A stretch of 64,000 nt of DNA from contig CANTCQ010000005.1 of the NCBI GenBank assembly GCA_947652325.1, positions 4,727-68,726 of the forward strand. Direction: 5' to 3'. This DNA comes from an uncultured Mycoplasmatota bacterium (lineage in GTDB: Bacteria; Bacillota_I; Bacilli_A; RF39; UBA660). Positions 19,318 to 27,881 of the stretch are shown piece by piece (position 1 is the first letter of the stretch; each line of letters opens with the position of its first letter). Under the pieces are notes generated by a model that saw only the letters and a list, made by a program, of their open reading frames with translations, did no database searches and was not told where the DNA came from. The translations under genes and the position numbers were made by a program.

Positions 19318-20499
19318 CTATTTTTTATTTTCTTGTTCTTTTAAAATTTTAGCATTCAATTCTGTACGCAATTTTCTATTTGCATTTTCAATAGCGTCAT
19401 TTCCATCAAACAATTTACTTACATTGCCACTTGTAATGAAATCATTGATTTTTTGTGATGCAGCAGCATTTGCAATCTCTAAATTATTCATAGCATCATT
19501 TACTTTAGTATTACTTCTGTCAACATTTCGTAAAATGCTATTATAATTCAATGATAATTTAGTTCTATATGTAGTAATTGCACTCATTAAATCTCCATCA
19601 TATTTAGTCATTTCTAATGTTCCATCATCACTTATTCCAGCAACAATATCTTTTTGTAGTTGTTTTTCTAAATCAACTTTTGCTTGTTGCAATTTACGAA
19701 GTGTTTCAGCATCTATTCTATATCTACCATCCATGGTTTTACCATGCTGTTGTGCATAGGCAATCTCATTTTCTATATCTGCTAAATTATCATAATATTG
19801 ACCCCAAGCGGTTGTTACTCCAGATGTAGCAGTACGTTTTGCTTTTTGCTTTTCCATAATTGCTTTAGCTCTATCAGCAACGGCTTTACGCGCGTCAGCT
19901 ATTTCTTGTGCTCTTGCTTGTTCAGCTTTTATTTGTTCTCCAGAAGATATTCCTGCCCAACTAGCCAAAGCCTTTAGTGTATCATTAACATGACCTTGCA
20001 TCGCTCCTGGTATTCCTCCATGCGTAGCTCGATAGTTTTCTCTTTTATCACGTGCTGTTGTGGCTGCTTGTGCTGCTTGTCCTGCAGCGGTACGCATATC
20101 TTTAAAATTTTTAGCAGAAAAACCACTTTTTATGCTTCTAATTCCTCCACTTACACCACCAGCTGGTATACTTACTATTCCTCCTGTACCATGAAAAGCA
20201 GTTGAAACTAAAGCTCCTCCAAATGTTTTTATTTTATTACCAAATCCCTGTGCATTTCTAAATCGGTTCCAACTCGCAGCTGACTTTCCAAGTCCATGCG
20301 TTAAATTTCGGATAGCTGCAGTTGTAGCACCTCCTAAAACAGCAGCAGCTCCAAAGGCTCCTCCTGCTGCTAATTTTCCACCAATTCCTAATTTCATATT
20401 ACTGGAGTCAATTCCTATAACATCCCCAATAAGTTTTGGAGCTTGTTTAGCAAAAGCAAAAAGTCCCATAACTACTATCACCTTTTCAAAGCCATTCAT
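19318..20499 (-). CDS. Gly/Ala-rich plus coiled-coil protein, possibly a detached TrbL/VirB6 C-terminal region
   Basis: The ATG at 20499 follows a GAAGGTGA RBS, and the track's longer N-terminus overlaps the upstream gene. Gly/Ala-rich first half, coiled-coil second half. Confidence 0.6.
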   Translation of the reverse strand: MNGFEKVIVVMGLFAFAKQAPKLIGDVIGIDSSNMKLGIGGKLAAGGAFGAAAVLGGATTAAIRNLTHGLGKSAASWNRFRNAQGFGNKIKTFGGALVSTAFHGTGGIVSIPAGGVSGGIRSIKSGFSAKNFKDMRTAAGQAAQAATTARDKRENYRATHGGIPGAMQGHVNDTLKALASWAGISSGEQIKAEQARAQEIADARKAVADRAKAIMEKQKAKRTATSGVTTAWGQYYDNLADIENEIAYAQQHGKTMDGRYRIDAETLRKLQQAKVDLEKQLQKDIVAGISDDGTLEMTKYDGDLMSAITTYRTKLSLNYNSILRNVDRSNTKVNDAMNNLEIANAAASQKINDFITSGNVSKLFDGNDAIENANRKLRTELNAKILKEQENKK

Positions 20500-20522
20500 A
20501 TAATCACCTTCTTTTTTTAAAA

Positions 20523-21398
20523 TTAAAATATTGCTTGTGCAAGAAATACCACACCAAACATTACAAACAAACGAATAAATACTTCCATATAAGTTGCAAT
20601 GGTTGCTTTTATCCAATTATCAAAAACCGATTTCTTTTCGGGTATAATAAACATTAAAATTGGTATAGGCGCAATTATTTGGTAAAATGCAAGTTTGGCC
20701 ACACGAATTCCTAAATCAATGCAAAATGATATTAAAACATATATTAAAAATAAACCACAAGCTGTTGCAACTAAAGGAGTGTATTTAACTCCATTTTCTC
20801 CTTCTTTTACTTCTTCTATCATAATTGTAATATCAGTAAAACTTCCATTTCTCATAATTGCCTCTCGAATACCATTCTCACCACTCCAATTTACTCCATC
20901 TTTACTCTGAGTTCCTTCTGGTATCACTAAAAAAACTTCTAAAATATTCAAAGCTGTTTCATAACCAATTTTATCAACAGAAGGAGTATCTCCTTTGCTT
21001 CCAAATAACAATTTTTCTATAACATGCTCTGATATTATTAAATTTTGCAATTTAAAGGCATAATCAAATATGACAGGTACTATTCCTAATAGCACTATAG
21101 ATATTATACAGTTTTTGACTATTTTCCCAGCACCTTTATTTATATTGTCAGGATCTACAATCGCTTTTAACAACGCACTGGCTACAAAAAAAAGCATAAC
21201 AACTCCAATAACAACTTCTACTCTATCAGCAATTTCTTTATATAAATGTTGTTGTATTAATTCTTCACTTGCGAGGAAAGTAAAACTATTAAATAGTTGA
21301 GCAATTACCCAATAAACAATACTATCAATAAAAAGAAAAACACCTGTTAAACCAAAATCAAATACATTAAAAATTTTAGCGTCTATTAATGTTATCAT
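20523..21398 (-). CDS. polytopic membrane protein, TrbL/VirB6-like
   Basis: 291 aa with 5-6 predicted TM helices and a central external loop. Its position between pilin-like genes and VirB3/VirB4 fits a VirB6 analogue. Confidence 0.5.
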   Translation of the reverse strand: MITLIDAKIFNVFDFGLTGVFLFIDSIVYWVIAQLFNSFTFLASEELIQQHLYKEIADRVEVVIGVVMLFFVASALLKAIVDPDNINKGAGKIVKNCIISIVLLGIVPVIFDYAFKLQNLIISEHVIEKLLFGSKGDTPSVDKIGYETALNILEVFLVIPEGTQSKDGVNWSGENGIREAIMRNGSFTDITIMIEEVKEGENGVKYTPLVATACGLFLIYVLISFCIDLGIRVAKLAFYQIIAPIPILMFIIPEKKSVFDNWIKATIATYMEVFIRLFVMFGVVFLAQAIF

Positions 21399-21413
21399 TT
21401 TTGAATACTCCTT

Positions 21414-22448
21414 CTATTTAATATTACAAGTTCCAAATTCAATTCCAGCCATGTGTAATAAAAACTCTATTATTGTTGGCAAAACAAATACCAAAACTCC
21501 TATTATTAATCTTTTTAACAACTTATTAGTTGCTTTTTTTATTTCTGATTCATCATGTGCTGATATAGATTTTATAAAATCTACAATCGATAAAGCAATA
21601 ATTAAAATGGGAACAGCAAATTTTATTAATTTCCAAATTTCTTTTAAAAAGTCTCCAAAAGGTCCTTGAAATATTCCATTACAATCTAAAGGACCAGTTT
21701 CTATTTCGACTGGTGGAAGTGGAGTATATGGTTCATCCCCTTCTATTCCGTTTATTCCCGAGTAATTATTGTCAATATTACCACCAGAGTCTAAAATTTC
21801 ACATTCAAGTCTGCCACCTCTAAATTCAGTACATTGATAATATATATAAGTAGGACATTTAATAGTTGCTGTTCCATTATAAAAATGTGCTCCACTACTA
21901 TTTGATAATTTACAAAGTGGTTTTGAAGAATCTGATATACATAAAAATGCTGGCCTATAAGTACGTCCATCTTCTGATTTGACTTTAAAAGTAATTTTAT
22001 CTGAATTATAAATACCTTCATATGTACAACTTGTATCAGAATGTTCTACTAAAACTACTTGAGGCATTCCAATTATATTTCCCGAAGATAATTGCTCCGT
22101 TAATAAAGTCCCCTCTGTTTCACTGCATTCTCCTACTCTTGGCACATTTCCTATGCATTCTCTAAAAGAACTATATATTTTATTTCCTTCTATAGACCCA
22201 TGATAAAAAGAAATAATTGGACAAGAATTTTCTTGTTCTGCTTTTATTTCTTCTCCTTCAGCTATAGAAATATCAATATTTGCTATTATTTTATCAAAAA
22301 AATTTGCATTATCTTTTTTTTCTAAAATAATGGTTTCTCCATTCCAATTATAAGAGCATCTAGTTGATGCTTCTACATCTTGATAAAGAAAAAACAAAAA
22401 AAATAAAGTTAAACTAAATAATATGTATATCTTCTTTTTCATAAACAT
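21414..22448 (-). CDS. secreted Cys-rich protein with C-terminal VirB2/TrbC-like two-helix module
   Basis: Signal peptide, about 14 Cys in the ectodomain, and a C-terminal FAVPILIIALSIVDFIKSISAHDESEIKKATNKLLKRLIIGVLVFVLPTIIEF shared with two paralogues. Confidence 0.65.
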   Translation of the reverse strand: MFMKKKIYILFSLTLFFLFFLYQDVEASTRCSYNWNGETIILEKKDNANFFDKIIANIDISIAEGEEIKAEQENSCPIISFYHGSIEGNKIYSSFRECIGNVPRVGECSETEGTLLTEQLSSGNIIGMPQVVLVEHSDTSCTYEGIYNSDKITFKVKSEDGRTYRPAFLCISDSSKPLCKLSNSSGAHFYNGTATIKCPTYIYYQCTEFRGGRLECEILDSGGNIDNNYSGINGIEGDEPYTPLPPVEIETGPLDCNGIFQGPFGDFLKEIWKLIKFAVPILIIALSIVDFIKSISAHDESEIKKATNKLLKRLIIGVLVFVLPTIIEFLLHMAGIEFGTCNIK

Positions 22449-22521
22449 CCCTTCTTTTTTTGTTTTCTTTTATTATAACATTAATTTACTTTTTATGTAT
22501 AAATTAAAAAAGTAAACATAT

Positions 22522-23652
22522 TTAATCACAATTTCTAATATCTAATACGCAAATCCGACAATTCTTAAATGCATTTTCATCATTACCTGCTATTTTAAAT
22601 ACATAATTTATAATTGTGGGTAATAAAAAAATAACTATTCCTATAATAATTCTAATAATTAATATTTTAGAAGTTTTTTGAATGGCATCTTGATTTGAAG
22701 AAACGATAGCTTTTCCAAAATCAATTGAACCAAATATTATAAGTAAAATTGGAACCATAATTTTAACTATGTATAGCCCATATCCTAAAAATTTTACAGT
22801 CTTGTGTACGCCTTCTTCGTTACAAAAATTATTAAAGTCTATATTCGTATCTAAATTCAAATTGGTATCTGCATCTTGGGCTGCATTCTTTATAAATTCA
22901 TTTGCCTTGTTCACAGCTTCTCTATATTCTTCTATTACTATGCTTTTTCCACTAAAATAACCTTGATTTATATAATTATCAACTCTAGTATTCCAAACGG
23001 AAGTTGCTGAAGAGATCTTGTTTTTTAATTCTGCAATCATCTTTTGACACTTTTCTGCTCCAACAGCTTTACATTCATCCATTTTAAAATTATTTACTAA
23101 ATCATTTAATCCTCGGGTATAAGACTGTATTTCCTCTATAACTTCTTCTACATCCGAATTTGGATTAGTACTTGTATTATTTTTATTTTGTAGTTCTTGT
23201 TCAACCTTCTTTATATATTCATTTGCCTTATTAGCAGCTTCTTTATAGCTGTTGATTACAATATTTTGACCTGTAAAGTATCCTCGATTTACAGCATCAT
23301 TTACTTTTGCATCCCAACTGAATATTCTATCTTTTAATGTTTGAACTAAATTTTGACATTGTGTTATATCTGCATCTTCTAGTTTTGTACACCTATCTAA
23401 TGGAAAACTATTTATAGCATCATTTATTCCTCTAGTATATGATTTTATTTCTTCTTCTATTTCTTTCTGCTTTTCTTCTAATGTTTGTGCTATTTTTATG
23501 ACTGGCGCTTTTTTTACGTTCTCTTTATTTAAATTAATTATTATAGCTTTTTTATTATTTATTTCATAATTATTTTTTAATGTTATGTCTTTTGCGTTTA
23601 CAAAACTTATGCTTACTAAAAATACTATTATTGAAAATATTACCTTTTTCAT
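22522..23652 (-). CDS. secreted protein with internal duplication and C-terminal VirB2/TrbC-like two-helix module
   Basis: Signal peptide, two ~90-aa repeats, and a C-terminal IMVPILLIIFGSIDFGKAIVSSNQDAIQKTSKILIIRIIIGIVIFLLPTIINY. Confidence 0.65.
   Translation of the reverse strand: MKKVIFSIIVFLVSISFVNAKDITLKNNYEINNKKAIIINLNKENVKKAPVIKIAQTLEEKQKEIEEEIKSYTRGINDAINSFPLDRCTKLEDADITQCQNLVQTLKDRIFSWDAKVNDAVNRGYFTGQNIVINSYKEAANKANEYIKKVEQELQNKNNTSTNPNSDVEEVIEEIQSYTRGLNDLVNNFKMDECKAVGAEKCQKMIAELKNKISSATSVWNTRVDNYINQGYFSGKSIVIEEYREAVNKANEFIKNAAQDADTNLNLDTNIDFNNFCNEEGVHKTVKFLGYGLYIVKIMVPILLIIFGSIDFGKAIVSSNQDAIQKTSKILIIRIIIGIVIFLLPTIINYVFKIAGNDENAFKNCRICVLDIRNCD
22876..23463 (-). repeat. intragenic tandem duplication (protein level, two ~90-aa units)
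   Basis: Unit 1: IKSYTRGINDAINSFPLDRCTKL...NRGYFTGQNIVINSYKEAANKANEYIK. Unit 2: IQSYTRGLNDLVNNFKMDECKAV...NQGYFSGKSIVIEEYREAVNKANEFIK. Confidence 0.75.
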
Positions 23653-23700
23653 AAAATCACGTCCATTTTTTTATATATTTATTATAACAGTAAAATTCTA

Positions 23701-23731
23701 AAATAAAAAGGTAAAATGTTTTATTTTACCT
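23701..23731 (-). terminator. rho-independent terminator overlapping the stop of the 376-aa gene
   Basis: On the minus strand: AGGTAAAAT-loop-ATTTTACCT followed by TTTTTATTTT. The stop codon lies in the left arm. Confidence 0.55.
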
Positions 23732-24856
23732 CACAATATAAGGGTCTTCTTTTGTTCCTACTCCACTTTTATATAAAACATCACTACTTAATGCTATGAC
23801 ATACCTCAAAATTGAATTTCCGGAAGTATATTCTGAATATACTTCTCCACTGTAAGAAACAGAGTAAGCAGAATACGTATCTTTCATATCTGCAGTCATT
23901 GTCCACCACTTATAATCATTGTCTGTTAAATAATTATAATTTTGGCATTCTCTACTTAAAGAAGTACTACATAAAGCATCCAAACTAGCATTCATAAAAT
24001 CATATATTGGTAATAGACCTATGTCTTGGTCTTTTATTATTTCATTACATTCTAAACTTCCATCTCGGTTTGTACTTGCTTCTCCTCTTTTACCAATACA
24101 TAAATCAAATTTTGATAAATATTCTTTGTTTTCTAAATATTTTTTTTGGAATAAATCTTTTGTAGTAATTAGTGCTCTACTTAAAGCGTAATTGTTTATT
24201 CCATAATTTGATTCCATCTCGGAATTATATCTATCATCCCAAGTTCCATAAATATTATCATCTTCTGTTTCTGTTAAAATTATATGAATATTGTTATTTC
24301 TGTCAATCTTTACTATTCTCCAAAGTTCATTTGCAAAAGATATATAATTATTGGGATTCTGGCCTCTAAAAACAAGCTCATTATTCATTTCATAAAGTCC
24401 TTCTCCTACTTGAGATATTTTATTATTATTTTTAATTGTATCCATAAACTTTTCTGTATGAAAGTTATTACAAGTTAAATATGCTTGATATTTATAATCA
24501 TTTTCTATAACATAATCTACTAAAATATCGGCTGTACATGAAGAATCTTTTACATATTTTTTTAAATCTTTTATATATTTATTTTCTATTAAAGTATTTG
24601 TACTTACTGCAATTGTTGGATTAGTACTCGTAGGTCTTATATCTGGATTTTCCTCTAAATACTTTACAGTTGCTTGCTCTAAAATTTCTTCCAATTTTTC
24701 ATAACTCATATTTGTTCCTACAAATTTTACGGCAATTGCTATAACAATAATAATAATCAGCATAATCAAAGCTGCACTTCCAAAAAAATTTACTTTTTGT
24801 TTGTTGTTATTATAAAAAGATTTTAATTTTTCTATTTGTTCTTTCATTTGTTTCAC
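23726..24856 (-). CDS. membrane-anchored extracellular protein, unknown function
   Basis: One TM helix near residue 30. The C-terminal KWWTMTAD...LRYVIALSSDVLYKSGVGTKEDPYIV pattern is common in clostridial surface proteins. Confidence 0.55.
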   Translation of the reverse strand: MKQMKEQIEKLKSFYNNNKQKVNFFGSAALIMLIIIIVIAIAVKFVGTNMSYEKLEEILEQATVKYLEENPDIRPTSTNPTIAVSTNTLIENKYIKDLKKYVKDSSCTADILVDYVIENDYKYQAYLTCNNFHTEKFMDTIKNNNKISQVGEGLYEMNNELVFRGQNPNNYISFANELWRIVKIDRNNNIHIILTETEDDNIYGTWDDRYNSEMESNYGINNYALSRALITTKDLFQKKYLENKEYLSKFDLCIGKRGEASTNRDGSLECNEIIKDQDIGLLPIYDFMNASLDALCSTSLSRECQNYNYLTDNDYKWWTMTADMKDTYSAYSVSYSGEVYSEYTSGNSILRYVIALSSDVLYKSGVGTKEDPYIVR

Positions 24857-24883
24857 CTATGTTGTTATGATACCATAGCCATT

Positions 24884-24906
24884 AAAAAAAAGCAATTTAC
24901 ATTGCT
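24884..24906 (-). terminator. short hairpin plus T8 directly after the 131-aa pilin-like gene
   Basis: On the minus strand: AGCAAT-GTAA-ATTGCT followed by TTTTTTTT, starting right after the TAG stop. Confidence 0.5.
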
Positions 24907-25302
24907 CTATTTCCATGCATTACTGGCTTTTGACTTACACGTATTTCCGTTTGGACTTGTAATACAATCTTTACAAACATTAAAGTCAGCTTGTGCATTG
25001 TTTGTAAAATCTGTTATTATAGTCATTATAAAACCAATTATGGTTGGGAGTAAAAATATAAAAACGGATGCAATGGCTCTTTTCACTAAAGCAGTAGTTG
25101 CTTTTTTTATTTCATCATCTTTACTAGCTATTACTGCTTTACCTAAGTCAATCATCCCAAAAATAATTAATAAAACTGGAATAGCAATTTTAAAAATTAA
25201 TAAAATATACCCGATTATTTGCCAAAGATTTGCTGTTCCATTACAAAACCCATTAGCTGTACCTATACCTGGCTCTCCGGTCATTGTTAAAAATAAATCC
25301 AT
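24907..25302 (-). CDS. VirB2/TrbC-like two-helix pilin candidate
   Basis: 131 aa. The core IAIPVLLIIFGMIDLGKAVIASKDDEIKKATTALVKRAIASVFIFLLPTIIGF is two hydrophobic helices joined by a short charged loop. Confidence 0.55.
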   Translation of the reverse strand: MDLFLTMTGEPGIGTANGFCNGTANLWQIIGYILLIFKIAIPVLLIIFGMIDLGKAVIASKDDEIKKATTALVKRAIASVFIFLLPTIIGFIMTIITDFTNNAQADFNVCKDCITSPNGNTCKSKASNAWK

Positions 25303-25332
25303 ATTTGTAAACCTCCTTGTTTCTATAATACT

Positions 25333-25361
25333 ATTTTATCTGTTTAATTCTATAATGTCAA
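25333..25361 (-). promoter_or_regulatory. internal sigma-A-type promoter upstream of the 131-aa pilin-like gene
   Basis: On the minus strand: TTGACA (25356-25361), 17 nt, TAAAAT (25333-25338), then an AAGGAGG RBS. Confidence 0.55.
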
Positions 25362-25364
25362 GTT

Positions 25365-26360
25365 TTACGATTTAAATATGTTAAATAGTTTACTATTTTT
25401 TTGCTCTTCTCCTGAATTTTCATCAAAACGAGCAAATCCCAAGTTGATTAAGAATTCTTCTATTTCTTTGTGATGGTCTAATTTGTCATCTAAATACGGC
25501 ATATTAAAGAAGACTTTACTTTTACTCTCATACTCAAAATCTTTAACATCTCTTCCATTTAATATACTTCTATTTAATACAATTTTTTTGTCTTTTAATT
25601 TTTCAAATGTTCGTTTGTCTTTACGAATCAGCTTATTAAGTTTAATAAGTCCTGGTTCTATTAAATAGATAACTTCGGTACATGCACTAATACTTCCTCT
25701 ATCGTTTAAATCAACCAATATGACTTCTACATCACTATTAGTGGCAATAAAAGCTGGCAAGTCTAAACTTGATGTTGTTCTTAAAGTTTTATCATTAAAA
25801 TAAATGAAATCATGTTCATCTACTTCAACTGCCATAACATTGTATTTGCGCGCTAGTTGTTTTTTTAGTAAATAGGTAAGTGTTGTAGAACCAGCGTGAT
25901 TGGTTACATTTTTAATGCCAATAACACGTAGTCCTAATTTGTCGTAATCCCCTCCACCAGAATCTTCTGTTTCTGCAGCATTTAATTGATGGTATTGTGC
26001 TACATCTTTATAAGTATTTGGATTATTAATTAAAAATTTTACAGCATCAATATTTCGCGTAAAATTATAAATTCCCATCGAAATTAAGCTAGATAAAAAT
26101 TTGGGTGAATTTACTACTTCTGAATCATCTAATAAGATAATAATATTACTTACATCCATACTTACCGATAAGTTTTGTAAAGTTGCTATATCTTGATAGT
26201 TTTGTAATGCTGTAATATCCAAAATCATTTTGTTGTAATAAAAGTTAGTAAATTGATTCACTAAATCCTCTACTTCAAACTCTCCATTAATGCTTTTTAT
26301 GATATCTATATCAAGTGTAGCAAGTAGTGATTGATATTTATTTGATACGATTACGTTCAT
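25365..26360 (-). CDS. CpaE/TadZ-like ParA/MinD-fold protein with degenerate Walker A
   Basis: N-terminal receiver-like region, then VIGIKNVTNHAGSTTLTYLLKKQLARKYNVMAVEVD aligned to the ParA pattern (xKGGxGKTT...DxD). Both Lys residues are missing. Confidence 0.55.
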   Translation of the reverse strand: MNVIVSNKYQSLLATLDIDIIKSINGEFEVEDLVNQFTNFYYNKMILDITALQNYQDIATLQNLSVSMDVSNIIILLDDSEVVNSPKFLSSLISMGIYNFTRNIDAVKFLINNPNTYKDVAQYHQLNAAETEDSGGGDYDKLGLRVIGIKNVTNHAGSTTLTYLLKKQLARKYNVMAVEVDEHDFIYFNDKTLRTTSSLDLPAFIATNSDVEVILVDLNDRGSISACTEVIYLIEPGLIKLNKLIRKDKRTFEKLKDKKIVLNRSILNGRDVKDFEYESKSKVFFNMPYLDDKLDHHKEIEEFLINLGFARFDENSGEEQKNSKLFNIFKS

Positions 26361-26363
26361 AAT

Positions 26364-26852
26364 TTATTCCTCCCTTGCGATTAAATTATCTGCGGGATTT
26401 ACAATATCCCCAGTCGCCCCATTTATATCAAAGGTAAATATGTCTCCTAAAACAGGTAAATTAAAATAGAAAAACATATTTACTTTATAAAAAACTTTTC
26501 CTTCATGATTACTTGAAGGGGAAGCTATTTTTCTTATACAATAATAATATTTTTTACGATTATTCGTGACAAGTTCTATTGTATTATTATCTAAATCTGC
26601 TACTCCATAAGAATCAACTTCGCAGGTTTTCATAATGTTATAACGATTTGTTTTTAGATAATTATTGATAATTCCTAGTGTTCCATCATTTCCGGTTGTT
26701 ATGCCTTCTCTTTTTTCAATAATCGACAACATTTCATTTTTTACTTTAAATGCTTTGGTGTAATTTAAAGAAAGGGCTAAAAATGCCACAAATATAAGCA
26801 TAAAGATAATCACAAGTTGTGTTATCCAAGTACCACCAATAGCTTCTCTCAT
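26364..26852 (-). CDS. minor pilin-like protein (paralogue 2)
   Basis: MREAIGGTWITQLVIIFMLIFVAFLALS N-terminus, a ~130-aa globular part with a Cys pair, and a 4-nt overlap with its paralogue. Confidence 0.55.
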   Translation of the reverse strand: MREAIGGTWITQLVIIFMLIFVAFLALSLNYTKAFKVKNEMLSIIEKREGITTGNDGTLGIINNYLKTNRYNIMKTCEVDSYGVADLDNNTIELVTNNRKKYYYCIRKIASPSSNHEGKVFYKVNMFFYFNLPVLGDIFTFDINGATGDIVNPADNLIAREE

Positions 26853-27325
26853 CTTTGCATCACCCCACTATTTTTCGAGTGACTTAAAATTTTTGTATCC
26901 CCCGAAATTTTAAAGTTAAAGACACTTCTAAATATAGGTAAATCCAGTTGATAAAATACAACTACACGATAATAACTCATATCTGGTAATTCTGCATTGT
27001 TTCTAGTGGCTTGTTTAGCTATACAAAATGCGGCATTACGACTATCAAGTTGCCCTTCTCTATTAAAACCACTATATCCTTCTGGACATCTTCCAGTTGT
27101 TCTATAAGATGCTTTTTTTAAATAATCGACAATTTTTAAAATAGCAGGGTCATTTTCGGGACTCGCCAAATCTGCTCCTTCTTCTCTTTCAATTGCTTTG
27201 ATAATTGTATTTTTTACATTAAATGCCTTGGACTGGTTAATTGATAAGCACATATATCCTGTAAATAGTAGGACAAAAAAGATTACGATTTGAAATATCC
27301 AAGTACCACCGATTGCCTCTCTCAC
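26849..27325 (-). CDS. minor pilin-like protein (paralogue 1)
   Basis: MREAIGGTWIFQIVIFFVLLFTGYMCLS N-terminus and a globular part with a Cys pair. Confidence 0.55.
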   Translation of the reverse strand: MREAIGGTWIFQIVIFFVLLFTGYMCLSINQSKAFNVKNTIIKAIEREEGADLASPENDPAILKIVDYLKKASYRTTGRCPEGYSGFNREGQLDSRNAAFCIAKQATRNNAELPDMSYYRVVVFYQLDLPIFRSVFNFKISGDTKILSHSKNSGVMQR

Positions 27326-27338
27326 TCTATCACCTCAA

Positions 27339-27578
27339 TTAGCCTTTCCAAGCACATTTAAAGTCTGGTCCTTCTTGATGTCCGTTTTTATAATATTTGC
27401 AATCAACCATTCCATCTTGAAGTGTATTTTTATCACATATAGCATCACTACATTTGTTGTTTGCAATAAACGTATTTTTAATGCTTGGCCATAGAATAGC
27501 AAAGAAAAAGACCGATAGGATTGCTACCGCTATAACGATTACAACTGTCATATTTAGTTCTCCTGTCGCCTCTTTCAT
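27339..27578 (-). CDS. small Cys-rich pilin candidate (paralogue 2)
   Basis: 79 aa: MKEATGELNMTVVIVIAVAILSVFFFAILWPSIK, then a 45-aa tail with 4 Cys. Confidence 0.6.
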   Translation of the reverse strand: MKEATGELNMTVVIVIAVAILSVFFFAILWPSIKNTFIANNKCSDAICDKNTLQDGMVDCKYYKNGHQEGPDFKCAWKG

Positions 27579-27601
27579 AGTTTTAAACTCCTATTCTAAA
27601 A

Positions 27602-27853
27602 TTATCTAGTTACTGTTCCATTACCCGTATTTGGACAAGTAATTGTATCTGTTGAACCATCATCTTTAATGTATGTACATGTACATGTATCCGTTGTACA
27701 AGTACTTGGACAAGTTGCGTTTGCGCAAAGTGTATTTCTATTAATACTGCTTTTTATACCTGGCCATACAAATGCATAAAAGAATGCAGCGACGGCAGCA
27801 ATAGCAACAACAGTTACAACGGTCATATTTAATTCTCCAGTTGCTTCTTTCAT
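27602..27853 (-). CDS. small Cys-rich pilin candidate (paralogue 1, probable major subunit)
   Basis: 83 aa: MKEATGELNMTVVTVVAIAAVAAFFYAFVWPGIK, then a tail with 6 Cys. It has its own near-consensus promoter and an AGAGGAGG RBS. Confidence 0.6.
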   Translation of the reverse strand: MKEATGELNMTVVTVVAIAAVAAFFYAFVWPGIKSSINRNTLCANATCPSTCTTDTCTCTYIKDDGSTDTITCPNTGNGTVTR

Positions 27854-27881
27854 TAATATATACCTCCTCTATTATATTTTT

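Noticed and set aside
20500-20616. The track's N-terminal extension of the Gly/Ala-rich protein (MDKSNHCNLYGSIY...).
   Set aside because: It overlaps the 3' end of the upstream TrbL-like gene by more than 90 nt and has no RBS. The internal ATG at 20499 is preceded by GAAGGTGA at ideal spacing.
27674-27700. Clustered TGTACA palindromes, (TGTACA)x2.7 plus one more, inside the pilin gene, as a possible slipped-strand or restriction-related signal.
   Set aside because: There are only about 3 copies, and they simply encode the Cys-Thr-Cys-Thr stretch of the Cys-rich tail. That is too short to argue for phase variation.
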